64,000 nt of DNA, taken from the NCBI GenBank assembly GCA_030390025.1, contig JASTWF010000033.1, positions 1,242,001 through 1,306,000 of the forward strand. Direction: 5' to 3'. The notes beneath the pieces were generated by a model. That model ran no database searches and was not told the DNA's origin. It saw only the letters and a list, made by a program, of their open reading frames with translations. This DNA comes from Squalus acanthias. Lineage: Eukaryota. Below are positions 59,940-64,000 of the stretch, one piece after another; the stretch's first letter is position 1; each line of letters starts with the position of its first letter. The translations under genes and the position numbers were made by a program.

Positions 59940-60378
59940 TAAAAAAGACTTGCATTTCTATAGCGCCTTTCACGACCAATGAGGTACTTTTGAAGTGGAG
60001 TCACTGTTGTAATGTGGGAAACGCGGCAGCCAATTTGCACACAGCAAGCTCCCACAAACAGCAATGTGATAATGACTAGATAATCTGTTTTTGTTATGTT
60101 GGTTGACGGATAAATATTGGCCAGGACACCGGGGATAACTCCCCTGCTCTTATTCAAAATAGTGCCATGGGATCTTTTACATCCACCTGAGAGAGCATAC
60201 GGGATCTCGGTTTAACATCTCATCTGAAAGACGGCACCTCCAATGGTGCAGCACTCCCTCAGCACTGCACTGGAGTGTCAGCCTAGCTTTATGTGCTCAA
60301 GTCCCATGGAGTGGGACTTGAACCCACAACCTTCTGACTCAGAGGCGACTGTGCTACCCACTGAGCCACAGCTGACAC
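59940..60378 (-). mobile_element. tRNA-derived SINE, Deu-domain type (SacSINE1-like)
   Basis: Head GTGTCAGCTGTGGCTCAGTGGG (A box)...GGTTCAAGTCC (B box); central gagggagtgctgc...gccgtctttcagatgagatgttaaaccga; L2-like tail gcgctatagaaatgcaagt. Confidence 0.85.
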
Positions 60379-60719
60379 CTCAACTTAAGGACAATAGGGA
60401 TATCTGAAATATCCTCAATAAATCCAACATTAATTGACGACTGCGGCAATACTTGTTACATTCAAACAATTACATGTCTTAAGAGTCGGTGTGTACGACA
60501 GAAAAGGCAGAGAGTTTGTGTGAGAGAGAAATGGGAAGACAATATTGGAGAGGGGAGGAGGGGACAAGAAGGGACAGAGAGCCTGTGTGTCAGAGCAAAG
60601 GGAGAACAAGTCAGGATGTCTGAGAGGGGAGGTGGAGAATCAGTGACTGTACAAGAGATGGGAGAGATAATCTGTGTCTAAAAGAGGGGATGGAGGTCCT
60701 GATAGTGAGAGATACATAG

Positions 60720-63700
60720 GTAGTCTGTGTGAGAGAGAGAGGGTGAGCGAGAGAGAGTGTGTGAGAGAATGAGTCTGAGAGAGACAGTGTGAGAGAGAGT
60801 GAGCGTGTGAGAGAGAGAGTCTGAGAGAGACAGTTTGTATGAGAGTGAGTCTGAGAGAGACAGTGTGAGAGAGTCTGAGAGAGAGAGACAGTGTGTGAGA
60901 GAGTGCGTCTGAGAGTGACAGTGTGAGAGAGAGTGAGTGTGAGAGAGACAGTGTGTGAGAGAGTGAGTCTGAGAGAGACAGTGTGAGAGAGAGATAATCT
61001 GAGAGAGACTGTATGAGAAAGTGAGTCTGAGAGACAGGGTGTGAGAGAGAACTTGAGAGAGACGGTGTGTGAGAGTGAGTCAGAGAGACAGTGTGAGAGA
61101 GAGTCTGAGAGAGACAGTGTGAGAGAGGGAGTCTGAGAGAGACAGTGTGAGAGTGAGTCAGAGAGAGACAGTGTGAGAGAGTGAGTGAGTGAGAAAGTGA
61201 GACTGAGAGACAGTGTGAGAGTGTGAGTCTGAGAGAGATGGTGTGTGAGACAGAGTCTGAGAGAGTGTGAGAGAGAGTGAGCCTGAGAGAGGCAGTGTGT
61301 GAAAGAGAGTGTGAGAGAGAGTGTGAGAGAGAGTGAGTCTGAGAGAGACAGTGTGTGAGAGAGAGTGTGAGAGAGAGAGCGTGAAAGAGAGTGAGTCTGA
61401 GAGAGACAGTGTGTGAGAGTGAGTCAGAGAGACAGTGTGTGAGAGAGTCTGAGAGAGACAGTGTGAGAGAGTGAGTCTGAGAGAGAAAGTGTGAGAGTGA
61501 GTCAGAGAGAGACAGTGTGAGAGAGTGAGTGAGTGAGAAAGTGAGACTGAGAGACAGTGTGAGAGTGTGAGTCTGAGAGAGATGGTGTGTGAGACAGAGT
61601 CTGAGAGAGTGTGAGAGAGAGTGAGCCTGAGAGAGGCAGTGTGTGAAAGAGAGTGTGAGAGAGAGTGTGAGAGAGAGTGAGTCTGAGAGAGACAGTGTGT
61701 GAGAGAGAGTGTGAGAGAGAGAGCGTGAAAGAGAGTGAGTCTCAGAGAGACAGTGTGTGAGAGTGAGTCAGAGAGACAGTGTGTGAGAGAGTCTGAGAGA
61801 GACAGTGCGAGAGAGTGAGTCTGAGAGAGAAAGTGTGAGAGTGAGTCAGAGAGAGACATTGTGAGAGAGTGAGTGAGTGAGAAAGTGAGACTGAGAGACA
61901 GTGTGAGAGAGAGAGTCTGAGAGACAGTGTGTGAAAGAGAGTGTGAGAGAGAGTGTGAGAGAGAGTGAGTCTGAGAGAGACAGTGTGTGTGAGAGTGAGT
62001 ATGAGAGAGACGGTGTGTGAGTGAGGGAGTCTGAGAGACAGTGTGTGAGAGAGTGAGACTGACAGACAGTGTGTGAGAGAGTGAGACAGAGAGACAGTGT
62101 GTGAGAGAGTGAGTCTGAAAGTGTGTGTGAGAGAGTGAGTCTGAGAGAGAGAGTGTGAGAGAGTTTGAGCGAGACAGTGTGTGAGAGAGTGAGTCTGAGA
62201 GAGAGACAGTGTGTGAGAGAGTGAGTCTGAGAGTGTGTGTGAGAGACTGAGTCTGAGAGAGCTGGTGTTTGAGAGAGTGAGTTTGAGAGAGACAGTGTGT
62301 GCGATAGTGAGTCTGAAAGAGACATTGTGTGAGAATGAGTCTGAAAGACAGTGTGTGATTGTGAGTCTGAGAGAAACGGTGTGTGAGAGAGTGAGTCTGA
62401 GAGAGACAGTGTGTGAGAGAGAGTCTGAGAGAGACAGTGTGAGAGAGTGACTCTGAGAGACGCAGCGTGTGAGAGAGTGAGTCTGAGAGAGAGACAGTGT
62501 GTGAGAGAGTGAGTCTGAGAGAGAGAGTGTGTGAGACAGTGAGTGTTAGAGTGTGTGAGAGAGTCTGAGAGAGTGTGTGAGAGTGTGTGGCTGAGAGAGA
62601 CGGTGTGTGAGAGAGTGAGTCTGAGAGAGAAAGTGAGTGAGAGAGTGAGTCTGAGAGAGACAGTGTGAGAGAGTGAGTCTGAGAGAGATAGTGTGTGAGA
62701 GAGTGAGTCTGAGAGAGACAGTGGGTGAGAGAGTGAGTCTGAGAGAGAGACAGTGTGTGAGAGAGTGAGTCTGAGAGAGAGAGAGTGTGTGAGAAAGTGA
62801 GTCTGACAGAGACAGTGTTATTTTAGAGCGTGAGCCTGAGAGAGATAGCGAGAGAGAGTCTGAGAGAGACAGTGTTTGAGAGAGTGAGTCTGAGAGAGAC
62901 AGTAACAGAGAGAGTGAGTCTGAGAGAGACAGTGTGTGAGAGAGTGAGTCTGAGAGAGACAGTGAGAGAGAGAGTGAGTCTGAGAGAGACAGTGTGTGTG
63001 AGAGAGAGTCTGAGAGAGACAGCGTGTGAGAGAGTGAGTCTGACAGAAAGTGTGTGAGAGAGTGAGACTGAGAGAGACAGTGTGTGTGAGAGAGAGTCTG
63101 AGAGAGACAGTGTGTCAGAGAGTGAGACTGAGAGACAGTGTTTGAGAGAGAGTCTGAGGGAGACAGTGTGTGAGAGAGTGAGTTAGACAGAAAGTGTGTG
63201 AGAGAGTGAGACTGAGAGAGACAGTGTGTGAGAAAGTGAGTCTGAGAGAGAGGCAATGTTTGAGAGAGTGAGTCTGAGAGAGACAGTGTATGAGAGAGTG
63301 AGTCTGAGAGAGAGAGTGTATGAGAGAGTGAGTCTGAGAGAGAGTGTGTGTGAGAGATTGAATCTGAGAGAGTGTGTGAGAGATAGTCTGAGAGAGACAG
63401 TGCGTGAGCGAGTGAGTCTGAGAGAGATGGTCTTAGATAGACCGTGTATGAGCGAGCGAGTCAGATACAGTGTGTGAGAATGTGAGTCAGAGAGACAGTG
63501 TGTGAGAGAGAGTCTGAGAGAGAGTGTGTGAGGGAGTGAGTGTGAGAGAGTGAGTGTGAGAGACGTTGTGTGAGAGAGTGAGTCTGAGAGAGAGTGTGTG
63601 AGGGAGTGAGTCTGACAGACAGTGCGTGAGAGAGTGAATGTTTGAGAATGTGTGAGAGAGAGAGAGAGTCTGAGAGAGACAGTGTATGAGAGAGTGAGTT

Positions 63701-64000
63701 TAAGAGAGAGAGTGTGTGTGAGAGAGTGATTCTGAGAGAGAGTGTGTGTGAGAGAGTGAGTCTGAGAGTGACGGTGTGTGAGAGTGTGAGTGTGAGAGAG
63801 TGAGGGTGAGAGAGTAAGTGTAAGATAGTGAGTGTGAGAGAGTGAGTGTGAGAGAGTGTGTGAGAGAGAGTGTGAGAGTGTGTGAGAGAGAGTGAAAGAG
63901 AGTGAGGGAGAGAGTGTGAGAGAGAGTGTGAGAGAGAGTGTGAGAGAGAGTATGAGAGGGAGTGTGAGAGAGAGTGTGAGAGAGAGTGTGAGAGAGTGTG
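60720..64000. repeat. GA/GT-rich satellite (~28-32-bp gagagagtgagtctgagagagacagtgtgt units)
   Basis: Direct inspection; runs off the window end. Confidence 0.97.

Noticed and set aside
61158..63477. SLSH/RE-rich ORFs up to 236 aa
   Set aside because: Low-complexity satellite lacking stop codons by composition.

Overview
Vertebrate genomic DNA, most likely from a cartilaginous fish (inferred from the repeat families and the GPR139-like receptor). Bases 1-33678 are a tandem array of about 16.5 near-identical ~2.05-kb units. Each unit carries three minus-strand tRNA genes, Ile(AAT), Phe(GAA) and Glu(CTC), plus a conserved unexplained hairpin element with two inverted B-box-like motifs and a T5 tract. 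The last Phe copy has its anticodon changed to CAC (Val). The array ends at a young, 5'-truncated CR1 LINE whose ORF2 is split by a 421-bp Penelope-type insert with a 13-bp TSD, 118-bp inverted arms and two hammerhead-ribozyme-like cores. Scrambled and inverted array remnants follow. The rest of the window holds a decayed two-gene PIF/Harbinger transposon, one intact two-exon GPR139-like class A GPCR gene, and a dense nest of CR1/L2 LINE fragments, a tRNA-headed Deu-type SINE, MITE-like palindromes and micro/minisatellites. Nearly all short ORFs in the track are artefacts of repeats. Comparisons to reference tRNAs and repeat families are from recall, not database searches.
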